From Candidatus Sysuimicrobiota bacterium (GTDB lineage: Bacteria > Sysuimicrobiota > Sysuimicrobiia > Sysuimicrobiales > Sysuimicrobiaceae): a DNA stretch of 34,690 nucleotides. The notes below the pieces were generated by a model, which was not told the origin of the DNA, did not search any database, and saw only the letters and a program-made list of their open reading frames with translations. The translations under genes and the position numbers were made by a program. Shown here in pieces: positions 1 through 9,464 of this stretch. Positions within the stretch are counted from its first letter, which is position 1; every line of letters begins with the position of its first letter. The stretch is taken from assembly GCA_040289515.1 (NCBI GenBank), contig PSLI01000022.1:1-34690 (forward strand), given 5' to 3'.

Positions 1-2
1 GG

Positions 3-614
3 CGGGCAGGCGTGGGAGTGCTGTCGGGCGGTGTGCGGGCCGCGGGCCCCGAAGGGCACCTGAGCAGCCGCACCGCGCGCATTCGTTTCACCCCAACCCT
101 GGAGCTGCTGGCGGTGGAAGCCCAGGGGGACGGACAGTTAACTTCTTCGGGACGCCGGCTGGCCGCAGACCGGATGCAGCTGGACGTGCGTACGGGCGTG
201 GCGGTGGCCGAGGGACGCCCCGCGGTCCTGACCCTGCAGGAGGCGCGGGCCGCCGCCGACCGTGTGGTGTACGCCACCCGGGAGCAGAAGGCGCGGCTCG
301 GTCCTGCCGCGCGGCTGGAGGCCGAGGGGGCGGTGTTGGAAGGAGGCGAGGCGGGCTTCAACCTGCAGGCTCGCACGGCGATCGTGGAAGGGCCCGTGAC
401 CTTCCGCTTCCCTGCCGGTCAGGGCGTGGCCCGACAGGCGAGGGCGGACTTCCGGGCGGGTCGGGTGGACCTGGAGGGGCCCGTGCGTATGCGGTGGCGC
501 TCCAGCGGCCTGGAAGGCCGCCGGGTGATGGTGTGGTACCGCCAGGGGCGGGTGGTCGTGGAAGGGCCGAGCCGCATGACCGTGGAACAGGAAGACCTAC
601 CGCGGACGCCATAA
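3..614 (+). CDS. LptA/OstA-like beta-jellyroll protein, probably 5'-truncated by the window edge
   Basis: The frame is open from the window edge (ORF track starts at GTG 12). Repeated OstA-like beta motifs (AADRMQLD, ADRVVY, VDLEGPVRM, LEGRRVMVWY..GRVVVEG). C-terminus resembles the 27129-27911 protein. Confidence 0.6.
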   Translation, partial: RAGVGVLSGGVRAAGPEGHLSSRTARIRFTPTLELLAVEAQGDGQLTSSGRRLAADRMQLDVRTGVAVAEGRPAVLTLQEARAAADRVVYATREQKARLGPAARLEAEGAVLEGGEAGFNLQARTAIVEGPVTFRFPAGQGVARQARADFRAGRVDLEGPVRMRWRSSGLEGRRVMVWYRQGRVVVEGPSRMTVEQEDLPRTP

Positions 615-630
615 ACGGGAGGGAGAAACC

Positions 631-1554
631 GTGGAATTGGGCTACGACCGGCCGCTGTTCCTTCTGGCCTTCGACCACCGGGGCTCGTTCCTGAAGCTAG
701 CGGGGATTCGAGGGGAACTCACCCCGGAGGCCGTGCAGCGCGTCTCGGACGCCAAGCGGGTGATCTACGAGGGCTTCCTTCAGTCCCTGGAGGCGGGGGC
801 GCCCCCGGACGCCGCGGGTATCCTGGTGGACGAGCAGTTTGGCGCGGAGGTCGCTCGGGACGCCCGGCGCCGCGGCGTGGTGTTGGCCATGCCGGTGGAG
901 CGCAGCGGCCAGGAGGAGTTCGACTTCGAGTACGGGGAGGCCTTCGGCGAGCACATCGAGGCCTTCGACCCCACCTTCGCCAAGGTCCTGGTGCGCTACA
1001 ACCCGGAGGGCGACCGGGCCCTGAACGCGCGCCAGTGCCAGCGGCTGCGGCGGCTGTCCCAGTGGCTGCACGAGCGGGGTCGGAAGTTCCTGTTTGAGCT
1101 GCTGGTGCCGCCCACCCCCGAGCAGCTGCAGGCCGTCGGGCAGGACGAAGGCCGCTACGACCGGGAGGTGCGTCCCCGCCTGATGCTGCAGGCCATCCGG
1201 GAGCTGCAGGAGGCGGGGGTGGAGCCGGACGTGTGGAAGATCGAGGGCCTCGACAGCCGCTCGGACTGTGAGCGCACCAGCGCCCAGGTGCGGGCCGGAG
1301 GCCGGGACAGGGTGGGGTGCGTGGTTCTGGGACGCGGGGCAGACGAGGCGGCTGTGGTGCGGTGGCTGCAGGCGGGAGCGGGAGTCCCCGGATACATCGG
1401 CTTTGCCATCGGCCGCACCATCTGGCACGATGCGGTGAAGGGCTACCTGGAAAGCAGGCTGGAGCGCGAACAGGCCGCGGAGCTGGTCCGAGCCAACTAC
1501 CTCCGGATGGTGGACGTGTACCGGTCCGCGGAGCGGGCCGTGGTGGCGGGGTAG
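631..1554 (+). CDS. Stand-alone DUF2090 (IolC C-terminal-like) class I aldolase-type TIM-barrel protein
   Basis: LAFDHR, GILVDEQFG, KVLVRYNP, FLFELLVP, PDVWKIEG, VLGRGA and GFAIGRT motifs. SD GGGAGGGAG lies before the GTG. Confidence 0.85.
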   Translation: MELGYDRPLFLLAFDHRGSFLKLAGIRGELTPEAVQRVSDAKRVIYEGFLQSLEAGAPPDAAGILVDEQFGAEVARDARRRGVVLAMPVERSGQEEFDFEYGEAFGEHIEAFDPTFAKVLVRYNPEGDRALNARQCQRLRRLSQWLHERGRKFLFELLVPPTPEQLQAVGQDEGRYDREVRPRLMLQAIRELQEAGVEPDVWKIEGLDSRSDCERTSAQVRAGGRDRVGCVVLGRGADEAAVVRWLQAGAGVPGYIGFAIGRTIWHDAVKGYLESRLEREQAAELVRANYLRMVDVYRSAERAVVAG

Positions 1555-1557
1555 GCC

Positions 1558-2586
1558 ATGCGGGCGGTGCGGGTCCACCGGCACGGCGGTCCGGAGGTTT
1601 TAGAGCTGGAGGAGCTGCCGGTCCCGGAGCCCGGCCCGGGGCAGGTGCGGGTCCGGGTGCGGGCGGCGGCCATGAACCACCTGGACCTGTGGGTGCGGAA
1701 GGGGATTCCGGGGGTGCGGTTTCCCCTGCCCCTCACCCTGGGTTCCGATGGAGCCGGAGTGGTGGACGCGGTGGGGCCCGGCGTGCGGTTTGCGAAGCTG
1801 GGGGACGAGGTGGTGCTGAACCCCGGCGTGTCATGCGGGGTTTGCGCCGCGTGCTTGCGGGGCCAGGACAACCTGTGCCGCGAGTACGGGGTGCTGGGAG
1901 AGCACCGGGACGGTACCGACGCGGAGTTTGTGGTGGTGCCGGAGGCGAACTTGATCCGCAAGCCTGGCCACCTGAGTTTCGAAGAGGCGGCCGCGTTCCC
2001 CCTGGTGTTCCTGACCGCGTGGAACATGCTGGTGACCCACGCTCGGCTGCGGCCGGGGGAGGAGGTGCTGGTGTGGGGGGCGGGCAGCGGGGTCGGCAGC
2101 GCCGCCATCCAGATCGCCAAGGCCTTCCAGGCCCGGGTGATCGCCGTGGCGGGCGACGACGGGAAGCTGCAGCGGGCTCGGCAGCTGGGAGCGGACGAGA
2201 CCATCAACCACCGTACCCAGGACGTGCTGGAGGAGGTCCGCCGCCTCACGGGTCGCCGCGGGGTGGACGTGGTGTTCGAGCATGTGGGCCGTGCCACGTG
2301 GGAGGTGAGCGTGAAGGCCCTGGCCCGGGGTGGCCGCCTGGTGACCTGCGGGGCCACCTCCGGACCCGCGGTGGAGATGGACGTCCGGTACGTGTTCGGT
2401 CGGGCTCTGAGCGTGCACGGCACGTGGGTAGGCAGCAAGGGGGAGCTCTATGAGCTTTTGCCCCTGGTGGAGCGGGGGCTGCTGCGCCCCGTGGTCGATC
2501 GCGCGTTCCCCCTTTCGGAGGTCCGCGAGGCGCATGCCTACCTGGAGTCCGGGCAGCACTTCGGAAAAGTCGTGCTGGTGCCCTGA
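1558..2586 (+). CDS. Zinc-binding alcohol dehydrogenase / MDR family oxidoreductase
   Basis: NHLD, GSDGAG, structural Zn motif CGVCAAC...C, GAGSGVG NAD(P) motif and C-terminal GKVVL. Confidence 0.9.
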   Translation: MRAVRVHRHGGPEVLELEELPVPEPGPGQVRVRVRAAAMNHLDLWVRKGIPGVRFPLPLTLGSDGAGVVDAVGPGVRFAKLGDEVVLNPGVSCGVCAACLRGQDNLCREYGVLGEHRDGTDAEFVVVPEANLIRKPGHLSFEEAAAFPLVFLTAWNMLVTHARLRPGEEVLVWGAGSGVGSAAIQIAKAFQARVIAVAGDDGKLQRARQLGADETINHRTQDVLEEVRRLTGRRGVDVVFEHVGRATWEVSVKALARGGRLVTCGATSGPAVEMDVRYVFGRALSVHGTWVGSKGELYELLPLVERGLLRPVVDRAFPLSEVREAHAYLESGQHFGKVVLVP

Positions 2587-2647
2587 GCAGGAGGACAAGT
2601 GGCGGACGGCGAACCGTTTTTGCGCCAACAAAACAAGGGGGTGGAGG

Positions 2648-3907
2648 ATGCCCGGCCGGTGGGTGCTTCCCATGCTCATCCTGGTGCTTTTGGCGCTTGC
2701 GGTTCCCACAGGGGCGCAGGCGCCCCTGCCCGCCAGCATCAAGGTGGGCGGACTTTTCGACCTCACGGGTCCCACCTCGGACGTGGGGGTGGACTACTCC
2801 AAGGGTGCCCTGGACCATGTGCGGTACATCAACGAGGTGCTGGGCGGCATCCGGGGCAAGGTGAAGATCGACTTCGTGTGGGCCGACTACGCGTACCGGA
2901 TCCCGGAGAGCCTGGCCCTGTACCGCAAGTACCGCGACGTGGACCGCGTACTGGCCATCGTAGGGTGGGGGACCAACGACACCGAGGCCCTCAAGGAGCA
3001 GGTGGCCGCGGACCAGATCCCGTTCATCTCCGCCTCGTACTCGTCCCACCTGAACGACCCCTCGAAGACGCCGTACAACTTCTACCCCGTGTCCAGCTAC
3101 TCGGACCAGATTCGGGCCGTGATCAAGTTCGCCAAGGAGCTAGCCACCCAGGAGCGCATCGCGAGGCCCAAGATCGTGTTCGTGTACCCGGACCACCCCT
3201 ACGGCCGCGCGCCCATCCCCGCGGGAAAGGCGTACGCCCAGGAGCTGGGGTTCGAAGTGCTGCCGGACCAGATCGTGGCCCTCACGGCCCTGGAGGCCCG
3301 CTCCCAGGTGACCGCCATCCGGGACCAGGGGGCGGACTTCGCGTGGTTCGGGGGCACCACCAGTTCCGCCTCCGTCACGGTGCGGGACGCCAAGCAGGCG
3401 GGGGCCAAGGCCCGGTGGTTCGTCAACGTGTGGGGGTTCGACGAGAGCATGATCAAGCGCATCGGCGCCGCCGCGGAGGGGGTATACGGGAGTACGCCCC
3501 ACGCGTACTACGGGGAGCCGGTCCCGGGCATGCGCACCATCTTCGACGCGTACCGCCGGTTCCAGGGCAAGGAGGTGCCGAAGTTTGAGTGGGGCACCGT
3601 GCAGAGCCCCTACATCGCCTCCTACATCCGGGGCTGGCTCAACGTGTACCTGCTGCGCAAGGGCCTGGAGACGGTGGTGGACAACTGGTCCACGTACGGG
3701 CGCCTGGGCCTCACGGGGGCTTCCATCCGCGCTGCCCTGGAGCTGATCCGGAACTGGGATCCTGAGGGGCTGGCACCGCCCATCACCCTGACCCGGGAGG
3801 ACCACCGGCCGTCCACCACCACCCGCATCATGCAGATCCGGGGCGGCCGCATCCAGCCCGTGGCCACGGTGACCGTGGAGCGGCGCAAGGACTGGCTGGG
3901 CTGGTAG
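2648..3907 (+). CDS. ABC transporter substrate-binding protein, Liv/branched-chain type
   Basis: ATG 2648 follows GGGGGTGGAGG. Signal peptide, then IKVGGLFDLTGPTSDVG, INEVLGGI and GWGT motifs. Confidence 0.9.
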   Translation: MPGRWVLPMLILVLLALAVPTGAQAPLPASIKVGGLFDLTGPTSDVGVDYSKGALDHVRYINEVLGGIRGKVKIDFVWADYAYRIPESLALYRKYRDVDRVLAIVGWGTNDTEALKEQVAADQIPFISASYSSHLNDPSKTPYNFYPVSSYSDQIRAVIKFAKELATQERIARPKIVFVYPDHPYGRAPIPAGKAYAQELGFEVLPDQIVALTALEARSQVTAIRDQGADFAWFGGTTSSASVTVRDAKQAGAKARWFVNVWGFDESMIKRIGAAAEGVYGSTPHAYYGEPVPGMRTIFDAYRRFQGKEVPKFEWGTVQSPYIASYIRGWLNVYLLRKGLETVVDNWSTYGRLGLTGASIRAALELIRNWDPEGLAPPITLTREDHRPSTTTRIMQIRGGRIQPVATVTVERRKDWLGW

Positions 3908-3908
3908 G

Positions 3909-4694
3909 GTGCTGTCGGTCAACAACGTCGAGGTGGTCTTCTGGAACACCATCCTGGTGCTGAAGGGCGTCTCTTTGCACGTGGCACCCGGCAGCATCAC
4001 CGCCCTCATTGGGGCCAACGGGGCGGGCAAGACCACTACCCTGAAGGCCATCTCGGGCCTGGTACGTCTGGAGCGGGGGGAGGTGACCCGGGGGACCATC
4101 GAGTTCGCGGGGCAGCACATCGAAAACCGCCTGCCGGAGGAGGTGGGCCGCCTGGGGGTGGTGATGGTTCGGGAGGGACGGCGGCTGTTCGAGGAGCTTA
4201 CCGCGGAGGAAAACCTCCTGGTGGGCAGCACCCTGAACCCCCGGGGGACCCGGGAGACCCTGGACCTGGTGTACAGCTACTTCCCCCAGCTGCGAGAGCG
4301 GCGCAGGGTGCGGGCGGGGTACCTTTCGGGCGGGGAGCAGCAGATGCTGGCCATCGGCTGCGCCCTCATGGCCCGGCCGCGGCTGCTGCTCCTGGACGAG
4401 CCCAGCCTCGGGCTGGCGCCCGTTGTGGCCGGGGAGATCTTCCGGCTGATCCGGCGCCTCAACCAGGAGCAGGGCATCACGGTGCTTTTGGTGGAGCAGA
4501 ATGCCCGCATGGCCCTGCAGCTGGCCTCCTACGGCTACGTGATGGAGAACGGGAAGATCGTGCTGGACGGGCCCGCACAGCGCCTGCGGGAGGACGCGGA
4601 CGTGCGGGAGTTCTACCTGGGCATGACCCAGTCCGGGCGCCGGCGCTTCACGGAGGTGAAGAGCTACAAGCGGCGGAAGCGGTGGCTGGCCTGA
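3909..4694 (+). CDS. livF: ABC transporter ATP-binding protein (LivF-like)
   Basis: Walker A GANGAGKTT, LSGGEQQMLA, LLLDEPSLGLAP, VEQN; ends in KSYKRRKRW. Confidence 0.92.
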   Translation: MLSVNNVEVVFWNTILVLKGVSLHVAPGSITALIGANGAGKTTTLKAISGLVRLERGEVTRGTIEFAGQHIENRLPEEVGRLGVVMVREGRRLFEELTAEENLLVGSTLNPRGTRETLDLVYSYFPQLRERRRVRAGYLSGGEQQMLAIGCALMARPRLLLLDEPSLGLAPVVAGEIFRLIRRLNQEQGITVLLVEQNARMALQLASYGYVMENGKIVLDGPAQRLREDADVREFYLGMTQSGRRRFTEVKSYKRRKRWLA

Positions 4695-4697
4695 GCC

Positions 4698-5741
4698 TCA
4701 GTGCGGGAACGGCCACAGGTCCACGTACCGCTTGAGTTTCCGCAGCAGGGCGGCCAGGCCTCCGGGCTCCCACACCAGCACGCCGATGAGGATCAGGCCG
4801 AACAGCACGTCCCGCACGGACACCGTGGCCCTCCCCAGCAGGGGGACGGAGGCGGCCAGCAGGGGAGCCGCCATCTTGGACAGCTGGGTGAGCGCCCGCA
4901 CGAAGGCCGCTCCCAGGTGGGGACCCCACACGCTGCCGAGCCCCCCGATAACCAGCATGGCCACGAAGTCGATGGACTGCGCCAGGCTGAAGTGCTCCGC
5001 GCCGATCACCCGGTTGTAGTGGGCAAACAAGCTGCCCGCCACACCCGCGTACGCAGCCCCCAGGGCGAAGGCCAGGGTCTTGTAGTACAGAAGGTTTACC
5101 CCGAGCACCTGGGCCGCGTAGTCCCGGTCCCGCACCGCCATGAGGGCTAGGCCGACCCGGGTGCGGGTGAGGTTGGTGGCGAAGACCGCCCCCAGCACCC
5201 ACACGGTGGCCGCCAGGTACCAGAAGCGCGCCTCGGTGTTCACCGGGATCCCGAACAGCTCCATGGGCGGCACCGGGGTGCCAGCCATCCCGCTCACCGT
5301 CTGCACGATCAGGTACTCCACCAGGAACTGGAAGGCCAGGGTGGCGATGGCCAGGTACAGCCCCTTGATGCGCAGGGAGGGCAACCCCACCACGGCCCCT
5401 ACCACGAAGGCCACCCCCGCGCTGGCGGGCAGCGCCACCGCGAAGGGCAGGCGCAGCTGGCTGGTCACAAACCACGAGGTGTACGCACCCACCGCCATGA
5501 AGGCCGCGTGGCCTAGGGAGATCTGGCCGGCGAACCCCATCACCAAAGACAGGCCCGTGGCACCGATGGCGAACACGGCCACGTCGTTTAGGAGGAAGAT
5601 CCACCGCCCGAGAACCCACGGGGCGGCTGCGAGTCCTGCCAGCAGCAGCAGGAAGCCCCACCGGTACAGGCGAACGTCCAGCAGGGCCATGTCCTGCGCG
5701 TAGGAGGTCTTGAAGTCCCCGCAGGGTCTGGCGTACGCCAT
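4698..5741 (-). CDS. livM: Branched-chain-type ABC permease (LivM-like)
   Basis: GQISLGHAAFMAVGAY, GLYLAIATLA, AVRDRD and GGLGS motifs; hydrophobic protein. Confidence 0.9.
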   Translation of the reverse strand: MAYARPCGDFKTSYAQDMALLDVRLYRWGFLLLLAGLAAAPWVLGRWIFLLNDVAVFAIGATGLSLVMGFAGQISLGHAAFMAVGAYTSWFVTSQLRLPFAVALPASAGVAFVVGAVVGLPSLRIKGLYLAIATLAFQFLVEYLIVQTVSGMAGTPVPPMELFGIPVNTEARFWYLAATVWVLGAVFATNLTRTRVGLALMAVRDRDYAAQVLGVNLLYYKTLAFALGAAYAGVAGSLFAHYNRVIGAEHFSLAQSIDFVAMLVIGGLGSVWGPHLGAAFVRALTQLSKMAAPLLAASVPLLGRATVSVRDVLFGLILIGVLVWEPGGLAALLRKLKRYVDLWPFPH

Positions 5742-5751
5742 CTCCGCCCCC

Positions 5752-6675
5752 CTATAGGCGCTCGATGTGCTCGGTCCCGAACAACCCGTAGGGCCGCACC
5801 AGCAGCACCAGCAGGATCACCAGGTACGCGATCACCTCCTTGAAGCCATGCAGGGGGTTGCCCAACACCCGCACGTGGGCCTCCATGTAGCCTCCCAGCA
5901 CGGTCTCCACCACCCCCACCGAAAGGCCGCCCAGGATGGCGCCCGGCACGCTGTCCAGCCCGCCCAAGATAACCGCGGCCAGGGCTTTAAGGCCCACCGC
6001 CGCCAGGGCGAAGTTCACCCCCAGCCACAGGCCCAGCAGGATGCCGCCCACAGCACCCGCCACCGCAGCGAAGGCCCACGCGTAGGCGAACACCCGCCGC
6101 AGGCTCACCCCGAGGGTGGAGGCGGTGAGCTGCTCGTTGGACGCCGCCCGCATGGCGATCCCCCACCGGCTGTACCGGAAGAACAGGGAGAACAGGACGA
6201 GCAGCAGCGCCGCGGCTGCGGCGCTCCACACCCCTACCAAGGACACGGGAACCCCCGCCACCCGCACCACCGCGGCGGGCACCACGGGGGGAAAGGTACG
6301 CGTCTCCCCGCTCCAGATGCCCACCATGACGCCCCGGATCACGTAGCCCAGGGCCAGGGTCACGATGATCACCGACAGCAGGGGCTGGCCGAACAGGGGC
6401 CGCATCACCGCCCGCTCCACCGCGAACCCCAGGGCCGCGGCGGCCAGCAGGGTCGCCGCCACGCCCGCCGCGAAGGCCACGGGCACCGGCAGAAAGCCCA
6501 CGGCGGAGGTGACCGCGATGGCCAGGTAGCCTCCAAACAGCACCAGCTCCCCGTGGGCCAGGTTGAGGATCCGCGTGGACTTGTACAGCACCGTGAACCC
6601 CACCGCGATGAGGGCGTAGATGGAACCCACCGCCAGGCCCACCACCACACCCTCCAGCAGGGAGGAGGCCGTCAC
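5752..6675 (-). CDS. livH: Branched-chain-type ABC permease (LivH-like)
   Basis: GTG 6675 overlaps the upstream stop (GTGA). GSIYALIAVGF, NLAHGE, GIAMRA and ILGGLDS motifs. Confidence 0.9.
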   Translation of the reverse strand: MTASSLLEGVVVGLAVGSIYALIAVGFTVLYKSTRILNLAHGELVLFGGYLAIAVTSAVGFLPVPVAFAAGVAATLLAAAALGFAVERAVMRPLFGQPLLSVIIVTLALGYVIRGVMVGIWSGETRTFPPVVPAAVVRVAGVPVSLVGVWSAAAAALLLVLFSLFFRYSRWGIAMRAASNEQLTASTLGVSLRRVFAYAWAFAAVAGAVGGILLGLWLGVNFALAAVGLKALAAVILGGLDSVPGAILGGLSVGVVETVLGGYMEAHVRVLGNPLHGFKEVIAYLVILLVLLVRPYGLFGTEHIERL

Positions 6676-8642
6676 CCCTGCACCTCCAGCCGCCGGATCT
6701 CCAGGACGGGGTGCAGGCTGGCTACCCGGCCGTCCTCGTACCGCACCGTGACCGTCGCCTGGAACCGCGGCGCGCCCGTGTACAGCGCCTCCACCAGGTC
6801 CCCGTACCGCTCCAGGATGTGGCGGCGGCGTAGCTTGCGGGTGCGGGTCAGCTCGTCGTCGTCCGGGTGGAACTCCTTGTACAGGGACACGAAGGCCCGG
6901 ATGCGCCAGGCCGGCTGCAGGCGGGCGTTGGTCTGCTGCACGAGGCCCTCCAGCAGCTGCAGCACCTCCGGCTTCTGCGACAGGTCCATGTAGGAGGTGT
7001 AGGCGATGCCCCGGTCCTCCGCCCACTTCCCCACGTTGTGGAAGTCGATGTTGAGGATGGCGGCCAGGTAGGGCCGGCCCTCGCCGAGGACCATGGCCTG
7101 CTGCACGTACGGGGTGAATTTGAGCATGTCCTCGATGAGCCGAGGCGGGATACGGGTGCCATCCTGCAACGTGATGATGTCCCCGCTGCGGTCGAACAAG
7201 ATGATGTCCCCGCTGGCGTCCAGCACCCCCGTGTCCCCCGAGTGCAGCCACCCGTCGCGCAGGGCCTCCCGGGTGGCCTCCGGGTTCTTGTAGTAGCCCA
7301 CGAACACCGAGGGGCTGCGGCTGAGGATCTCCTGGGTGTCCGCGATCCGGATCTCCGTGTTGGCGATGGGGGCACCCATGGTCCAGAACCGCACCTGCCC
7401 GTCCCGGTGCACGCAGGAGATCCCCGCGATCTCCGTCTGGCCGTAGATCTGCTTGAGGTTCAACCCCAGGCCCCGGAAGAAGCGGAAGTAGTCCGGTCCC
7501 AGGGAGGCACCCCCGTTCCATGCCACACGCATGCGCACCAACCCCACCTTGTCCAGCAGGGGCCGGTACACCGTCCACCAGCAGAGCCTCCACAGGACCC
7601 GCAGCCACGCGGGCAGGGGGCGGCCTTCCGCCTCCAGGTCCAGGCGCCGGCCGGCGAGGGCCATGGCGGCCCCGTACAGGCGCCGCCGCAGGAGCCCCGC
7701 GTCCAGCATGCGCACCGTCACCGCGGAGTGGATCCCCTCGTAGATGCGGGCGGGCGCAAACATGAAGTGCGGCCCGATCTCCCGCAGGTCCCGCTGGGCC
7801 GTCTCCGGTTCCTCGGGGAAGTTCACGGTGAAGCCCACCAGCTGGTGAAGGGTCAAAGAGAGCATCTGCTCCCCGATCCAGGCGAAGGGCAAGAAGCTCA
7901 CGAACTCGTCCTGCTCGCTCACGTGGGGTTCCACGGCCAAAAAGTTCTCCCCCTGGGAGAGGAGGTTGCGGTGGGTCAGCATGGCCAGCTTGGGTAGAGA
8001 GGTGGTCCCCGAGGTCAGGCAGAAAATGGCTACGTCCTCGCCCCGGCCCTGCGCCACCTCCTCCAGGAAGCGGTCCGGATGCCGGCTCAAAAACTCCCTG
8101 CCGAGGGCCTCCAGCTCCGTAAAACGCAGCAGCTTGGGGTGGCGGTAGCGCCACATGCCCCGCCAGTCGTCCACTACCACCCGCTCCACCTTGGGCAGGT
8201 GCGCCTCCATGCTGAGGATCTTGTCCGTCTGCTCCTGGTCCTCACAGAACACGAACCGGGCGTCGCAGAAGTCCACCAGCTGCGCCAGCTGGTCCGCGAG
8301 CGTGTCCTGGTACATGCCGCAGGACACCCCGCCCAGCGCCTGGGCCGCCAGGGCCACATAGTACAGCTCGGGCCGGTTGTCGCCGACCAGGGCCACCACG
8401 TCCCCGCGCCGCATGCCCAGGGCCAGCAGCCCCCCCGCGCACGCCCGCACGTGGTTCAGGTACTGCCGCCAGGTGATCTCGCGCCAGATGCCGAACTCCT
8501 TCTCCCGGAAGGCCACGCGATCCCTGAAGCGTTCCGCGTTGTGCCAAAGGCGCTTGGGGAAGGTGTCCAGGGCCCGGAGGGACTCCTCCAGCTCCCGCGG
8601 GGTTTGCACGGCAGGGCGTTCCAGGATCGCCGGCTGGCTCAT
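6672..8642 (-). CDS. Long-chain acyl-CoA synthetase (AMP-binding, FadD-like)
   Basis: ATG 8642 in an ATGA overlap. REKEFGIW, LTSGTTSLPK, YGQTE, GWLHSGD and ELTRTRKLRR motifs. Confidence 0.9.
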   Translation of the reverse strand: MSQPAILERPAVQTPRELEESLRALDTFPKRLWHNAERFRDRVAFREKEFGIWREITWRQYLNHVRACAGGLLALGMRRGDVVALVGDNRPELYYVALAAQALGGVSCGMYQDTLADQLAQLVDFCDARFVFCEDQEQTDKILSMEAHLPKVERVVVDDWRGMWRYRHPKLLRFTELEALGREFLSRHPDRFLEEVAQGRGEDVAIFCLTSGTTSLPKLAMLTHRNLLSQGENFLAVEPHVSEQDEFVSFLPFAWIGEQMLSLTLHQLVGFTVNFPEEPETAQRDLREIGPHFMFAPARIYEGIHSAVTVRMLDAGLLRRRLYGAAMALAGRRLDLEAEGRPLPAWLRVLWRLCWWTVYRPLLDKVGLVRMRVAWNGGASLGPDYFRFFRGLGLNLKQIYGQTEIAGISCVHRDGQVRFWTMGAPIANTEIRIADTQEILSRSPSVFVGYYKNPEATREALRDGWLHSGDTGVLDASGDIILFDRSGDIITLQDGTRIPPRLIEDMLKFTPYVQQAMVLGEGRPYLAAILNIDFHNVGKWAEDRGIAYTSYMDLSQKPEVLQLLEGLVQQTNARLQPAWRIRAFVSLYKEFHPDDDELTRTRKLRRRHILERYGDLVEALYTGAPRFQATVTVRYEDGRVASLHPVLEIRRLEVQG

Positions 8643-9457
8643 GCGCTTCCCACCACCTCCTCCGCTTCGCCGTGCTCCTCGCCCAGGTACGCGCGGATGA
8701 CGTCCGGGTGGTGCTGGATCTCCCGCGGGGAGCCCTCCGCGATCTTCCGGCCGTAGTCCATGGCCACCAGGCGGTCGCACAGGTCCATGACCACACCCAT
8801 GTCGTGCTCGATGAGGATCATGGGCAGTCCCCGCACCTCCCGCAGCTCGAGGACGTAGCGGGCCATGTCCGCCTTCTCGTCCACCGTCATGCCCGCCATG
8901 GGTTCGTCCAAAAGCAGCAGGCTCGGTTCCATGGCCAGAGCGCGGCCCAGCTCCACCTTCTTCTGGATGCCGTAGGGCAGTTCCGCCACCCGGTGATCCC
9001 GGTATGCCTCGATCTCCAGAAAGTCGATAATCTCCTCCACCCGCTCGCGGTGCTGCAGCACCTCCCGCTGGGCCAGCCCCCAGTACACCCCGCAGGCCAG
9101 CAGGGGGCTGCGCATGTGGAGGAGCCGGCCCGACAGGATGTTCTGCAGCACCGTCATGTGGGGGTACAGGGCGATGTTCTGGAAGGTGCGGGAGATGCCG
9201 AGCTGCGCCCGCACGTGGGGCGGCAGGTGGGTGACGTCACGGCCCCGAAACACAATGCGGCCCGCCTGCGGCCGGTAGAAGCCGTTGATGCAGTTCAGCA
9301 CGCTGGTCTTCCCGGCCCCGTTGGGGCCGATGATCCCCAGCAGCTCCCCCTCCCGCAGCGACAGCGACAGGTCCTGAACGGCCACCACCCCCGCGAAGTG
9401 CAGCGTGAGGTTGCGGACGCTCAGGACCACATCCATCAGCGGAGCCCCGTCGCCCAT
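8639..9457 (-). CDS. livG: ABC transporter ATP-binding protein (LivG-like); alternative start at 9436
   Basis: GPNGAGKTS, RTFQN, LPYG..K.VELGRALA, LDEPMAG, IEHDM and VIRAYLG motifs. Confidence 0.92.
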   Translation of the reverse strand: MGDGAPLMDVVLSVRNLTLHFAGVVAVQDLSLSLREGELLGIIGPNGAGKTSVLNCINGFYRPQAGRIVFRGRDVTHLPPHVRAQLGISRTFQNIALYPHMTVLQNILSGRLLHMRSPLLACGVYWGLAQREVLQHRERVEEIIDFLEIEAYRDHRVAELPYGIQKKVELGRALAMEPSLLLLDEPMAGMTVDEKADMARYVLELREVRGLPMILIEHDMGVVMDLCDRLVAMDYGRKIAEGSPREIQHHPDVIRAYLGEEHGEAEEVVGSA

Positions 9458-9464
9458 GTGGGGC

